Of a stretch of DNA of 64,000 nt, positions 49,899 through 60,511 are shown piece after piece. The notes under the pieces are model-generated. The model ran no database searches. It was not told the DNA's origin and was given only the letters and a program-made list of their open reading frames with translations. A program made the position numbers and the translations under genes. Source of the DNA: Nitrospiraceae bacterium. Its GTDB lineage: Bacteria > Nitrospirota > Thermodesulfovibrionia > UBA6902. Within the stretch, counting starts at the first letter, position 1. Every line of letters starts with the position of its first letter. The stretch covers positions 265,284 through 329,283 of the forward strand of contig CP070632.1 of NCBI GenBank assembly GCA_020356065.1, given 5' to 3'.

Positions 49899-51220
49899 TA
49901 AAAAATTACACATTACAGATTGGAAATTTCAAATTTTTCATTCTCACATTGTGCATGCTGGCCAATTCAAGCCCTGCATTTGCTTCTGAAACTGCGACTC
50001 TGGACTCAGGTGATACAGCTTGGATACTTGTTGCAACAGCGCTTGTGCTGTTTATGACCCTTCCCGGTCTGGCACTGTTTTACGGTGGATTGGTAAGAAC
50101 AAAAAACGTTCTTTCTGTATTGCTGCAATGTTTTGCCATATCCGGTATAGTGACCATACTCTGGCTTGCCGGAGGATACAGCATCGCGTTTTCAGAGGGA
50201 ACTGCTTTTGCCGGCGGACTGTCAAAGGCCTTCTTTGCAGGGATGCTTGAAGATACCCTGAGCGGGACCATTCCTGAATCACTGTTTGCGCTGTTTCAGA
50301 TGACATTTGCCATTATCACACCAGCCCTTATTATAGGCGGCTTTGCCGAGAGAATGAAGTTTTCATCTATTCTGCTCTTCTCATCACTATGGCTGATCGT
50401 GGTATACTGCCCGATTACCCACTGGGTTTGGGGAGGCGGCTGGCTGCAGGAAATGGGCCTTCTCGATTTTGCCGGTGGTACGGTCGTGCATATCACGGCC
50501 GGGGTAGCTTCACTGGTAGCAGCACTTGTACTGGGCCAGCGAGACGGGTTTCCGCACACATCGATGCCCCCGCATAACATGACCATGACTGTCAAAGGCG
50601 CTGGCATGCTATGGGTCGGCTGGTTCGGTTTTAACGGCGGAAGCGCACTCGCAGCAAATGGTGATGCTGCCATGGCAATGCTTGTTACGCATATATCTGC
50701 AGCTGCAGGCGCCATGACATGGATGTTTTATGAGTGGAAAAAATTCGGTAAACCTACCGCCCTTGGCACAGTAACCGGTATGGTAGCAGGACTCGGCACC
50801 ATTACTCCAGCGTCTGGATTCGTAGGACCGGCTGGAGCACTTATAATTGGTGTTACAGCAGGAATTATCTGTTTCAATGCAGTATTATTTATGAAGTCAG
50901 TGCTTAAAGTTGACGATTCTCTCGACGTATTTCCAGTACACGGAGTGGGAGGGATAACAGGCACATTGCTGGCAGGCATCTTTGCATCAACCGGCCTCGG
51001 CATATTCAGTGGACAGGGATTTGCAAGCGGTATCAACAGTGTGTCTGAGCAGCTCTATGTACAGTCCATAGGAATTGCTGCCACAGTCGGATACACGGCA
51101 ATTGCTACGTTTGTAATTCTTAAGGCCGTCAACGCAGTCACAGCCCTGCGGGTATGCAAGGAATGCGAGGTTGAAGGGCTTGACGTTTATGGCCATGGTG
51201 AGCAAGGATATATTCTCTGA
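49895..51220 (+). CDS. amtB: Ammonium transporter 3 (AmtB type)
   Basis: GDTAW, PGLALFYGG, FQMTFAIIT, DFAGGTVVH, DDSLDVFPVHG. Confidence 0.96.
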   Translation: MIKNYTLQIGNFKFFILTLCMLANSSPAFASETATLDSGDTAWILVATALVLFMTLPGLALFYGGLVRTKNVLSVLLQCFAISGIVTILWLAGGYSIAFSEGTAFAGGLSKAFFAGMLEDTLSGTIPESLFALFQMTFAIITPALIIGGFAERMKFSSILLFSSLWLIVVYCPITHWVWGGGWLQEMGLLDFAGGTVVHITAGVASLVAALVLGQRDGFPHTSMPPHNMTMTVKGAGMLWVGWFGFNGGSALAANGDAAMAMLVTHISAAAGAMTWMFYEWKKFGKPTALGTVTGMVAGLGTITPASGFVGPAGALIIGVTAGIICFNAVLFMKSVLKVDDSLDVFPVHGVGGITGTLLAGIFASTGLGIFSGQGFASGINSVSEQLYVQSIGIAATVGYTAIATFVILKAVNAVTALRVCKECEVEGLDVYGHGEQGYIL

Positions 51221-51312
51221 AAAATGACAAATATCAAATCTCAAATTTACAAATTTTAGTCATTGAGTCAATTGGCATTTATTTGGAATTTGGATTTTGT
51301 AATTTGACATTT
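51220..51312. repeat. Degenerate 7-bp repeat palindromic element (same type as 34643-34781)
   Basis: gacaaat atcaaat ctcaaat ttacaaat ... atttgga atttgga ttttgta atttgac attt. Confidence 0.7.
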
Positions 51313-51324
51313 CTTTTTAATATT

Positions 51325-52017
51325 ATGTCTGTATTAATTATTAAAAACACAGAAAACGAGGGACCGGGCACCATAGAGGAGTTTCTTAAGGAAAAGGGAT
51401 TGGTTTATGAAATCCTGAATATGAACAGCTGTCATGCTGAAATCCCTGATGTAAGTAAACACTCACACCTGGTGCTCATGGGAGGACCCATGGCAGTCTA
51501 CAACATAGACAACCATCCGTTTCTTCACTTTGAGGCCGCGCTTATCAGGGCGTTCATTAAGAGTAATAAACCGGTTCTCGGCATCTGCCTCGGCGCCCAG
51601 ATGATTGCCTATGCTTTGGGAGTTGATGTATATCAGGGAAAGACACAGGAGATCGGCTGGTACAGGGTTGATCTTACAGAGGAAGGAATGAAGGATGCTG
51701 TCATGGCAAGTCTTGCCATAAATGAAACAAAACAGGCCGATGTCTTTCAATGGCATGGAGATACATTTGATATTCATAAAAATGCCCTCAGATTAGCCAC
51801 TTCTGATACTTTTGAAAATCAGGCGTTCCGGTATAAAGACCATGTCTATGCACTTCAGTTTCATATTGAGGTGACACCTGAAATGATAAGAGAATGGTTC
51901 GAAAACGAGGAGGATCATGATGTAGAGGCCATGATTAATACCACCCTTGATATATTCCCTGAATATAAGAAGAGGGCATATAAATTTTATGAAAATTTTT
52001 TTAAACGTACATGTTAG
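51325..52017 (+). CDS. Class I glutamine amidotransferase-like protein
   Basis: EGPG, MGGPM, GICLGAQ, QWHGD, QFHIE catalytic triad. Confidence 0.9.
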   Translation: MSVLIIKNTENEGPGTIEEFLKEKGLVYEILNMNSCHAEIPDVSKHSHLVLMGGPMAVYNIDNHPFLHFEAALIRAFIKSNKPVLGICLGAQMIAYALGVDVYQGKTQEIGWYRVDLTEEGMKDAVMASLAINETKQADVFQWHGDTFDIHKNALRLATSDTFENQAFRYKDHVYALQFHIEVTPEMIREWFENEEDHDVEAMINTTLDIFPEYKKRAYKFYENFFKRTC

Positions 52018-52032
52018 TGATGTCATTTAGCT

Positions 52033-52107
52033 TTCATGCCGGACTTGATCCGGCATCCAGAGTTTGCTGAAAAGATGGGATTCCGGCTCAAGGACTGCCG
52101 GAATGAC
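52033..52107. repeat. RPE/REP-like palindromic element
   Basis: tcatgccggacttgatccggcatccag ... ggattccggctcaaggactgccggaatgac. Confidence 0.7.
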
Positions 52108-52187
52108 ATTCAGACAAACCAAGAATCTAAGTAACATTAAGTAAATATGAACCCGTAACAACTAATAAATCTAAAGGAGGTAGCAAA

Positions 52188-53600
52188 ATGATACCCAAAG
52201 ACGTAGTAACATTTGCCCAGGAAAACAGTGTAGTCATGGTGGACTTCAAGTTCATTGATTTTCCCGGGATCTGGCAGAACTTTTCAGTTCCTATCAGTGA
52301 GCTGGAAGAATCAACTTTTGAGGATGGTCTTGGTTTTGACGGCTCATCCATCAGGGGATGGCAGGCGATCAACGCATCGGACATGCTGATTATTCCTGAT
52401 CCTGCAACAGCCATTCTCGATCCCTTCCGGAAGCACCCGACATTGAGCCTGGTCTGCAATATTGTAGACCCTATCACAAAAGAGCCCTATTCAAGGGACC
52501 CGAGGTTTATCGCCCAAAAAGCGATCCAGCATATGAAATCAACCGGCATCGGAGATACAGCCTACTTTGGTCCGGAAGCAGAATTTTTTATTTTTGATGA
52601 CATTCGGTATGACCAGACCGCTAACAGCGGCTTTTACTTCGTTGATTCTGTTGAAGGAATATGGAATACCGGAACTGATGAAGGGCCAAATCTGGGCTAC
52701 AAACCAAGACATAAAGAGGGGTACTTCCCTGTACCGCCAACAGATACCATGGAAGATCTGAGAACAGAGATGGTCACCATCATGCAGAAATGCGGTATCC
52801 ACATCGAGGCCCAGCATCATGAAGTTGCAACCGGAGGACAGGGTGAAATTGACATGAGGTTTGCTCCTCTGGTGGAGCAGGCAGATAAACTGATGCTCTT
52901 TAAATACATTGTGAAAAATATCGCGTACGCTCATGGCAAGACCGCGACTTTTATGCCAAAACCCTTATTCGGTGACAATGGTACAGGAATGCATGTTCAT
53001 CAGAGTATCTGGAAAGACGGAAAGCCGTTATTTGCAGGAAACGGATATGCCGGAGTCAGTGAAATGGCTATTAATTACATCGGCGGTATACTGAAACATG
53101 CCCGCTCATTGGCTGCTTTTACAAACCCGACAACAAATTCATACAAGAGACTGGTGCCCGGGTTTGAGGCCCCTGTAAACCTTGCTTATTCAGCCAGAAA
53201 CAGGTCCGCTTCCATAAGAATTCCCATGTATTCACTGTCTCCGAAGGCCAAGAGAGTTGAGGTCAGGTTCCCTGATCCGTCATGTAATCCGTACCTTGCT
53301 TTTTCAGCCATGCTGATGGCCGGTCTTGACGGAATTGAGAACAAGATCGATCCGGGAGAGGCAATGGATAAGGACCTCTACGAACTACCTCCGGAAGAGC
53401 TTGCCGACATCCCCCAGATGCCGGGAGATCTGGATGAGGCGCTAAATGAGCTTGAAGCGAATCATGAGTTTCTACTGAAGGGCAATGTGTTCACTCAGGA
53501 CGCCATCGCCAAATGGATCCACTACAAGAGAAAAAATGAGGTGGACGCATTGAGACTCAGACCGCATCCATATGAGTTTTTTATGTACTACGACATATAA
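52188..53600 (+). CDS. glnA: Glutamine synthetase type I (adenylylatable)
   Basis: [48 protein letters not shown] adenylylation loop. Confidence 0.98.
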   Translation: MIPKDVVTFAQENSVVMVDFKFIDFPGIWQNFSVPISELEESTFEDGLGFDGSSIRGWQAINASDMLIIPDPATAILDPFRKHPTLSLVCNIVDPITKEPYSRDPRFIAQKAIQHMKSTGIGDTAYFGPEAEFFIFDDIRYDQTANSGFYFVDSVEGIWNTGTDEGPNLGYKPRHKEGYFPVPPTDTMEDLRTEMVTIMQKCGIHIEAQHHEVATGGQGEIDMRFAPLVEQADKLMLFKYIVKNIAYAHGKTATFMPKPLFGDNGTGMHVHQSIWKDGKPLFAGNGYAGVSEMAINYIGGILKHARSLAAFTNPTTNSYKRLVPGFEAPVNLAYSARNRSASIRIPMYSLSPKAKRVEVRFPDPSCNPYLAFSAMLMAGLDGIENKIDPGEAMDKDLYELPPEELADIPQMPGDLDEALNELEANHEFLLKGNVFTQDAIAKWIHYKRKNEVDALRLRPHPYEFFMYYDI

Positions 53601-53616
53601 TAGAAAATAACTGAAC

Positions 53617-53658
53617 AAAAAAGGCACGGGCTGCGATAGCAGCCCGTGCCTTTTATTT
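53617..53658 (+). terminator. Intrinsic terminator of glnA
   Basis: aaaaggcacgggctgc-gata-gcagcccgtgcctttt. Confidence 0.9.
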
Positions 53659-53904
53659 AAAATTCAATGTGTTAAATGAAATAGACAGATATGTTCAGTC
53701 ATGCATACTTCTCTGAGACGATGACTTTCACGTATGCTTATAACTGCATACCGGAGATAACTCCTTGACTTTTTGAGCTTATTTTGTCAATATACCGGGG
53801 TCTTGAAGATTTTGTTACTGCAAAAGGCCATAAAACTTTAAGCGTTATGGCCTTTTTTTATTATGGAAGCTATTTACGAATTTGAACAGCAAAAAAGGTA
53901 ACCC

Positions 53905-54321
53905 ATGGCATCAAAACAGAATTATGTAAAGAAGATGGAAGCAAAAAATCAGCAGAGAACTGATGCGGGAGTCATAGCTGACCGCTTTCCGACAGTTGAA
54001 GGCATGGTGATTAACATGACGTACTACCATAATGCAGAGAACCCGATCCTCATGCAGCGCACTGTTAATTTCTTCCCTGAAAGCCATGCTTTTTTTAATC
54101 TGGAATGCATGATAAAAGGCTGTGAAAAAGGGGGATTTGATTTAAAGCGCATCATTTCAAAACAGATCAAGGACAAGAAAAAGGTCATAAGAGGTGAAAT
54201 GAGCTGTAAAGGGAAGAGCGGGGATCTTCCGGCAAACCATTCAACTATAGACTACGAAATAAATATCACATACAGCACAAAGTCCAGAAAGAAAGCAGCT
54301 AAAAAGACCAAAAAGAAATAA
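53905..54321 (+). CDS. Conserved-looking hypothetical protein with Cys motif and basic tail
   Basis: ECMIKGCEKGGFDL, MSCKG, Lys-rich C-terminus. Confidence 0.7.
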   Translation: MASKQNYVKKMEAKNQQRTDAGVIADRFPTVEGMVINMTYYHNAENPILMQRTVNFFPESHAFFNLECMIKGCEKGGFDLKRIISKQIKDKKKVIRGEMSCKGKSGDLPANHSTIDYEINITYSTKSRKKAAKKTKKK

Positions 54322-54333
54322 TCTCCATTTACC

Positions 54334-54528
54334 CTATCTGCTCCGGGAAAATCTGGTAGCCTTCATCTTCTTTTTCCTCGCCTCTATACGCTTTCTTTTC
54401 TCTTTCACCGAAGGCTTCTCATAAAACCTCCGACTCTTCAACTCTTTAAAAATACCTTCTTTATGAAGCTTTATTTTTAAATCTTTAATCGCTTTTTCAA
54501 TATTATTGCCAACTACTTTAATTTCCAA
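54334..54528 (-). CDS. rpsU: 30S ribosomal protein S21
   Basis: NIEKAI, EGIFKELK, FYEKPSVK; TTG start. Confidence 0.9.
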   Translation of the reverse strand: MEIKVVGNNIEKAIKDLKIKLHKEGIFKELKSRRFYEKPSVKEKRKRIEARKKKMKATRFSRSR

Positions 54529-54815
54529 GTTGCTCTACATTCCCTTCTCTCACAATTACCTTAGAAGACAGGTAATTGTCAAATCATTTTCTGTTAAGGA
54601 GTTACCGAAAAAAATAAAGGCCTCTCAGCCTTAAAAAGCGGTGAGGCTATACACTTTAAAAATGCGCTATTACTTTAACATAAATTACAATATTTATTTT
54701 ATGCTCTCTTGCATCCATCAAAAACGGCTCAATATATATTCAATACATTTTTACGGTATACCTGCTATACCTTATAAAATTTATATATAATGCGAGACAG
54801 GATGCATGATCACGG

Positions 54816-55172
<357 letters not shown>

Positions 55173-55253
55173 TTATTATTCTATATGCATGTCTAAAGGG
55201 CTATATTATCAAAAAATAAGCAATATTTCACTAATAAAGCTAATGGTGCTCTT

Positions 55254-58052
55254 ATGACCATTGATAAAGAGTATCTGAAAATAATTACTGATTCGGTTCA
55301 TTTCGTCCCTGATCCTGCAAGGGCCGAAAGAAACCTGATAAGATTTTTCGAGGGAAACACTGTCAGATCAATCTCTCCTGACTACGTGAACATCATGGCA
55401 CATCTGTTCAGCGTAAGCCAGTTCCTTGCCAATTACTGCATGTCACACCCGGTTGAACTGGAACATGCCCTTGATGAAATGACTCATGATATCACTCCCT
55501 CATTCCTGTTGAAGCGATCAGAGAATGAATTGAATTTACATATAATAACTGAAATATCAGACATAATGAAGGCCTTCAGACTGTTTAAAAAAAGGTACCT
55601 TCTCAGGATTACGCTTCGGGACATTTCGGAAAAGACCGACATCCGCTCATCAATGCAGGAGCTTACCGCTCTTGCTGAAACCCTTATTTCGGCAGCACTT
55701 GAATGCTCACTTTATTTGAATAAGAAAAAGTTCGGCTCTCCTTCAGACAGCAGGATTTCGTTAATAGCCCTTGGTAAATTAGGCGGAGAAGAGCTGAATT
55801 ACAGTTCTGATGTTGATCTCATCGCTGTGTACGATAATGATCAGGGACAGACAACCGGCATCCCTAACCCCTCGGGACTCATGTACAACAAAATCAGCAA
55901 CCACGAGTTTTACTGTAAAACTGTTGAGCTGTTCAGCCGGATTCTGTCATCTCAGACAGAAGACGGTATCGCATACAGGACAGATCTCAGGCTTCGTCCG
56001 CAGGGACAGAAAGGTGATATCGCCATGCCGCTGAAATCCTACAGAACGTATTATGAGTCATGGGGACGGACGTGGGAGCGAATGGCGCTGATTAGGGCAA
56101 GGCCTGTTGCAGGGGATTCACGGCTTGGTCAGGAATTTATTGAATCGGTCGATCCCTTTGTATGGAGAAAGACGAGTGACTTTACCGCTATTGAGGAAAT
56201 CAGGATACTGAAGAAACAGATAGACTCAACATTTACAAAGGATGATATAAAGCGCGGCTACGGGGGAATCCGTGAAGCAGAGTTTTTTATCCAGACTTTT
56301 CAGCTGCTGTACGGAGGAGAAAACATCGCCCTGAAATCATCATGTATGTTTGACGCAGTAAACGCCCTCACATTAATGAACATAGTTCCTGAGAGGGAAA
56401 TGGATGTGCTGTGGGAAAACTACCTTTACTACAGGCGGATTGAACATTTTCTGCAGATGACGGAAGATCTCCAGACACACACTCTGCCGTCTGATAAAGA
56501 AGGGATATCCATTCTGGCCCGAAAAATGAAATTTGACAATGCAGAAGAATTTACTGCAAACCTTGGTTTAAGAAGAATGCAGATTAAAAAAATGTATAAC
56601 TCGCTGCTTGGAACGCGGGAGGATGCCTATACTGAAGCCCTGAACCTGCTTGAAGGGAAAATGACAGACCGTGAACTTGGAGAATATCTGAAATTCAGAA
56701 ACGTGACTGATCCCGAAAAGTGTCTTGTCAATCTCAAAAGCATCAGGGAGCATATGGCTGATTTCCGGACCATGCAGGAGAGAAAAATAACCCGGGAAGT
56801 TATGCCCCAGCTTTTTGAGAGCGCCATGGCCGCAGAAAGTCCGGACAGGGCCATGGCAGGGCTGGAGAAACTTCTGACCACATACGGGCTTAAACCTGCC
56901 CATCTGTCAGCCCTGCATGAACACAAAGAACTGATTCAGGGAATTATAAAAATTTTTTCCCTTAGCCCGTATCTGACAAGAATATTTCTGAGCAACCAGC
57001 AGTATCTCAATATACTTATTGAAGAATGGAGCATCCTGAAATCACTTGAGCAAATTGAGGAGCGACTCGGGAGGGCCATTGAAAGGTCAGATGATTTTCC
57101 GAAGACACTTGCTGAATTCAAGAGGTTTGAAGAGTTTCGTCTCGGAATATTGTTTCTGCTAAACATATTGACCCTTGAGGATCTTTTTAAAGGCATGTCT
57201 CATCTGGCCGAGGCAATCATGAGATCAATTCTGCAGAATCTTGACAGTAAAGAGTTGTCCGTTATAGCCCTGGGCAAACTGGGTGGTCAGGAGATGACCT
57301 TTGGTTCAGACCTTGATATCGTCTTTGTTTCCAGTTCTGACAGGGCCATGACTGCAGCTGTCAAAGCAGTGAGAATTCTCACATCATATACTGATGCTGG
57401 ACAGTTTTATAGCGTTGATACCAGACTCAGACCTGATGGATCAAAAGGGGTTCTTGTAAAAAAAATAAACGGATACAGGAATTATTATTTAAAAAAAGCG
57501 CAGAAGTGGGAGATACAGGCCCTTCTCAAGGCAAGACCTGTTGCCGGCGATGAAAACCTGGGAAATACATTTATGAACATGGCCAGGGACGTCATACTGA
57601 CACGTGGTAGTGACATAACAAAAAAAGATATTGCTGATATGCGACTGAGAATAATGAGGGAACTGTCAAATGAATCAGAAGGCCTTGATATCAAGCTCGG
57701 GCCGGGAGGCATAGAAGAGATAGAGTTTTATGTTCAATATCTTGAACTCCATAATGCACGTGAGTTTCCGGAGATTCTGCAGCAAAATACTCTTTCGGCG
57801 ATTGACACATTAACGCAAAAAGGTCTCTTCACAGACAACGAAAAAACAGATCTTGTCAATGCCTACACATATTACAGAAAACTTGAGACCTTCCTTAGGT
57901 TAAATGAGGAACATCTCATTAGCAGACATTCGCCTGTTTCTTTGTTAAGTGAAAAATTCATGGGTCATCTCTCGACTGATGAACTGATCTCGCATATGAG
58001 CATGTTAAGAGAAAATGTCATATCTATCTTTAAACCTGACGTATCAGATTAG
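55254..58052 (+). CDS. glnE: Glutamine synthetase adenylyltransferase / adenylyl-removing enzyme
   Basis: Two NT domains GKLGGEELNYSSDVD and GKLGGQEMTFGSDLD; DLRLRP, WERMALIRAR, KLGPGG. Confidence 0.95.
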   Translation: MTIDKEYLKIITDSVHFVPDPARAERNLIRFFEGNTVRSISPDYVNIMAHLFSVSQFLANYCMSHPVELEHALDEMTHDITPSFLLKRSENELNLHIITEISDIMKAFRLFKKRYLLRITLRDISEKTDIRSSMQELTALAETLISAALECSLYLNKKKFGSPSDSRISLIALGKLGGEELNYSSDVDLIAVYDNDQGQTTGIPNPSGLMYNKISNHEFYCKTVELFSRILSSQTEDGIAYRTDLRLRPQGQKGDIAMPLKSYRTYYESWGRTWERMALIRARPVAGDSRLGQEFIESVDPFVWRKTSDFTAIEEIRILKKQIDSTFTKDDIKRGYGGIREAEFFIQTFQLLYGGENIALKSSCMFDAVNALTLMNIVPEREMDVLWENYLYYRRIEHFLQMTEDLQTHTLPSDKEGISILARKMKFDNAEEFTANLGLRRMQIKKMYNSLLGTREDAYTEALNLLEGKMTDRELGEYLKFRNVTDPEKCLVNLKSIREHMADFRTMQERKITREVMPQLFESAMAAESPDRAMAGLEKLLTTYGLKPAHLSALHEHKELIQGIIKIFSLSPYLTRIFLSNQQYLNILIEEWSILKSLEQIEERLGRAIERSDDFPKTLAEFKRFEEFRLGILFLLNILTLEDLFKGMSHLAEAIMRSILQNLDSKELSVIALGKLGGQEMTFGSDLDIVFVSSSDRAMTAAVKAVRILTSYTDAGQFYSVDTRLRPDGSKGVLVKKINGYRNYYLKKAQKWEIQALLKARPVAGDENLGNTFMNMARDVILTRGSDITKKDIADMRLRIMRELSNESEGLDIKLGPGGIEEIEFYVQYLELHNAREFPEILQQNTLSAIDTLTQKGLFTDNEKTDLVNAYTYYRKLETFLRLNEEHLISRHSPVSLLSEKFMGHLSTDELISHMSMLRENVISIFKPDVSD

Positions 58053-58161
58053 ATAACGTAGTCAGGATACCGATGAGTACACATGCCCTGCCTTTTGGAG
58101 AACGCAGCTGTTATAATTATTCAGCAAATTCACAATACGTTATGTTCTCACTTGAATTAAC

Positions 58162-59241
58162 ATGATTATACACAAGTCAATTTTAAAAGAACTCATGAAA
58201 AACATGGCGGTGATCGTTTTTTCACTGTCCATAATACTTTTTATGGAAAAGTTTGTGAGCTTGACAAAAATATTCATGGGTAAGGGCGCGGACTTTAAAG
58301 ATATCATAGAAATATTTCTGTATATTCAGCCCTCCATTCTTATACTTTCAGTTCCCATGTCTATTCTCTTATCGATATTCCTGACTTATGGGAGGATGGC
58401 TTCCGATAATGAGGTTGTGGTTTTAAAAAGTATGGGAATGACGTTCCTCGGCATATCTAGAGCCGCCTGGACACTTGCAGTTATTTCTTTCCTGTTTCTT
58501 CTCTTCATCAGTCTTTATCTTTCACCCCGCAGCACACAGGCTTTCAATCATGTACTGCATGAGACGATTGTTAAAAAAGCATCTATGACTTTGGAAGAGG
58601 AAAGCTTCTCTGATGTATTTAAAGGAACGGTAATTTATGTTAAGAAGATACTTTCAGTAAATACATTCAACGGTATATTCATATACAAGGATGATGAAAA
58701 AGCCGGTGATAATCCGTTTGTAATTGTAGCCGAGAAAGGACATATGAGTTCTAATCCGGAAGCAGGAACCATAAAGTTACGTATGGAAAACGGCATGATT
58801 CATTCCTATGAGGGAAACAGCTCTTCAGAAATCACATTTTCTGAATATGATTTCATACTTACAACAGGCATTAAGGCCTCAAAAGATGCAAAGCCCGAAG
58901 AGATTAAAACCGCAAAACTCTGGACAGGTCGAGGGTCAAATGCTGGCTGGGCAATTGAATTTAACAGAAGACTGGCCATGCCTGTTGCCTGTCTGATATT
59001 TGGACTGCTGGCACCCGCACTGTCGTTTAAGTCAGGAAAAGTCGGCAGGCTCGGGGGATTTTCGATCAGTCTGGGAATCATTATCTTATATTACCTGTTT
59101 CTCATTATGGGAGAAGAGCTGGCAAAATCAGGTGGACTTTCACCTTTTTTTGGTGTCTGGATTCCGAATATTTTTTTCAGTGTTTTGGCTATAATCATTG
59201 CTTATTTCGCTTATCTTGATAAACCGTTAAGGAAGTTTTAA
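58162..59241 (+). CDS. lptF: LPS export ABC transporter permease LptF
   Basis: GRMASDNEVVVLKSMG, RRLAMP, WIPN; paired with lptG. Confidence 0.88.
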   Translation: MIIHKSILKELMKNMAVIVFSLSIILFMEKFVSLTKIFMGKGADFKDIIEIFLYIQPSILILSVPMSILLSIFLTYGRMASDNEVVVLKSMGMTFLGISRAAWTLAVISFLFLLFISLYLSPRSTQAFNHVLHETIVKKASMTLEEESFSDVFKGTVIYVKKILSVNTFNGIFIYKDDEKAGDNPFVIVAEKGHMSSNPEAGTIKLRMENGMIHSYEGNSSSEITFSEYDFILTTGIKASKDAKPEEIKTAKLWTGRGSNAGWAIEFNRRLAMPVACLIFGLLAPALSFKSGKVGRLGGFSISLGIIILYYLFLIMGEELAKSGGLSPFFGVWIPNIFFSVLAIIIAYFAYLDKPLRKF

Positions 59242-59249
59242 ATCAGAGA

Positions 59250-60320
59250 ATGACGACGTTCAGAAGATATTTTATAACCGAATTTTTTAAATACTTTGCT
59301 GTCATCCTCATATGCTTTACTTCCATATCAAATGTAGCTGAATTCCTTCGTCTGGCCGGTGATTTTTATGACGAGAAAGCCCCGATCCATCTAATCATTC
59401 AGTACCTTGCATTACAGTCTCCCAGAGTCATATTATATGCGCTGCCATTTGCTTCATTGTTTTCCATACTCATTACTCTGGGGATTGCTTCAAAGTGGAG
59501 AGAGACGACCGTAATCAAGGCCTCAGGAGGGAGTATTAAAAGATTATTCTCCTGCTTTCTTCTGATCGGTATATTAATGATGCTCTCCGCCCTTATCCTG
59601 GGAGAGACAGTAGTTCCTGAAGCAACCAGGGCTTCCGCCTATATAAGAAAGGTGAAGATTATGGGCCAGTCTCCCAAAATCGTCTATGGGAAGAAACACC
59701 TCTGGATGAGAGGTCTTGACGGAAGCCTGGTCAGGATAGAGGGATTTGTTGAAGATGAAAACAAGGTGCTGAAAACAAGTGTTTTCAGTTTTAATGATGA
59801 TTTTGTTTTTGAGAAAAGAATTGAAGCGAATGAGGCTGAATGGATCAACGACGAGTGGAATCTGAAAGATGTTAAGGTTTATGACTTCAGGAATAACTCA
59901 ACAAAAAAATACAGTTCGCTAAAAACTGAATCTTTGGAAGAACCCGACATTTTCAGGGAAGAGATAAAAAAACCTAATGAAATGAATTTTATGGAGCTAT
60001 ATTCCTATTACTCGAGACTGGAAAAAGCTGGTTTTAAAAACCTTAAATACATCGTAAGACTGTACGATAAACTCGCCTACCCTTCAATCAATTTTGTCAT
60101 GATTCTCTTTGGTGTTGCACTGGCGCTGCATTCAAAATGGGGAGGGGGCATCAGAGCGGCAGGCTTGGGCGTTTTAGTGAGTGTGCTTTACTGGATGCTT
60201 TATTCTTTCAGCCTTTCCCTGGTTAACACAGGTTATTTAAAACCCTGGCTTGCACCATGGGTGAGTCCGGCTGTTTTTTGCCTCGCAGGAAGTATCATGT
60301 ATATGCGGATCAGGGAGTAA
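59250..60320 (+). CDS. lptG: LPS export ABC transporter permease LptG
   Basis: ETTVIKASG, GETVVP, KLAYP, PWLAPW. Confidence 0.88.
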   Translation: MTTFRRYFITEFFKYFAVILICFTSISNVAEFLRLAGDFYDEKAPIHLIIQYLALQSPRVILYALPFASLFSILITLGIASKWRETTVIKASGGSIKRLFSCFLLIGILMMLSALILGETVVPEATRASAYIRKVKIMGQSPKIVYGKKHLWMRGLDGSLVRIEGFVEDENKVLKTSVFSFNDDFVFEKRIEANEAEWINDEWNLKDVKVYDFRNNSTKKYSSLKTESLEEPDIFREEIKKPNEMNFMELYSYYSRLEKAGFKNLKYIVRLYDKLAYPSINFVMILFGVALALHSKWGGGIRAAGLGVLVSVLYWMLYSFSLSLVNTGYLKPWLAPWVSPAVFCLAGSIMYMRIRE

Positions 60321-60462
60321 TCAGGGCCTCTTATGCCTTTTTCGATCTGATACCACAAATCTTGTGTTCAAAATAGTTCAAAAATAGTTCAATAATATTT
60401 AGTTATTCTCCTGCAACCTTAAACTACTGTTGAACTATTAAGGAACCGGGAGGGAGCAACAA

Positions 60463-60502
60463 CACGGGGAAGATATGAGTGGATGTGTATATCTTCCCCG
60501 TG
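60463..60502. terminator. Hairpin between convergent lptG and the YVTN gene
   Basis: cacggggaagatat / atatcttccccgtg. Confidence 0.7.
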
Positions 60503-60511
60503 ATTCATAAT

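Noticed and set aside
51325-53600. Gamma-glutamylation (Puu-type) pathway from GATase plus GS
   Set aside because: The GS is a canonical adenylylatable type I enzyme with glnE nearby, not a GS-like ligase.
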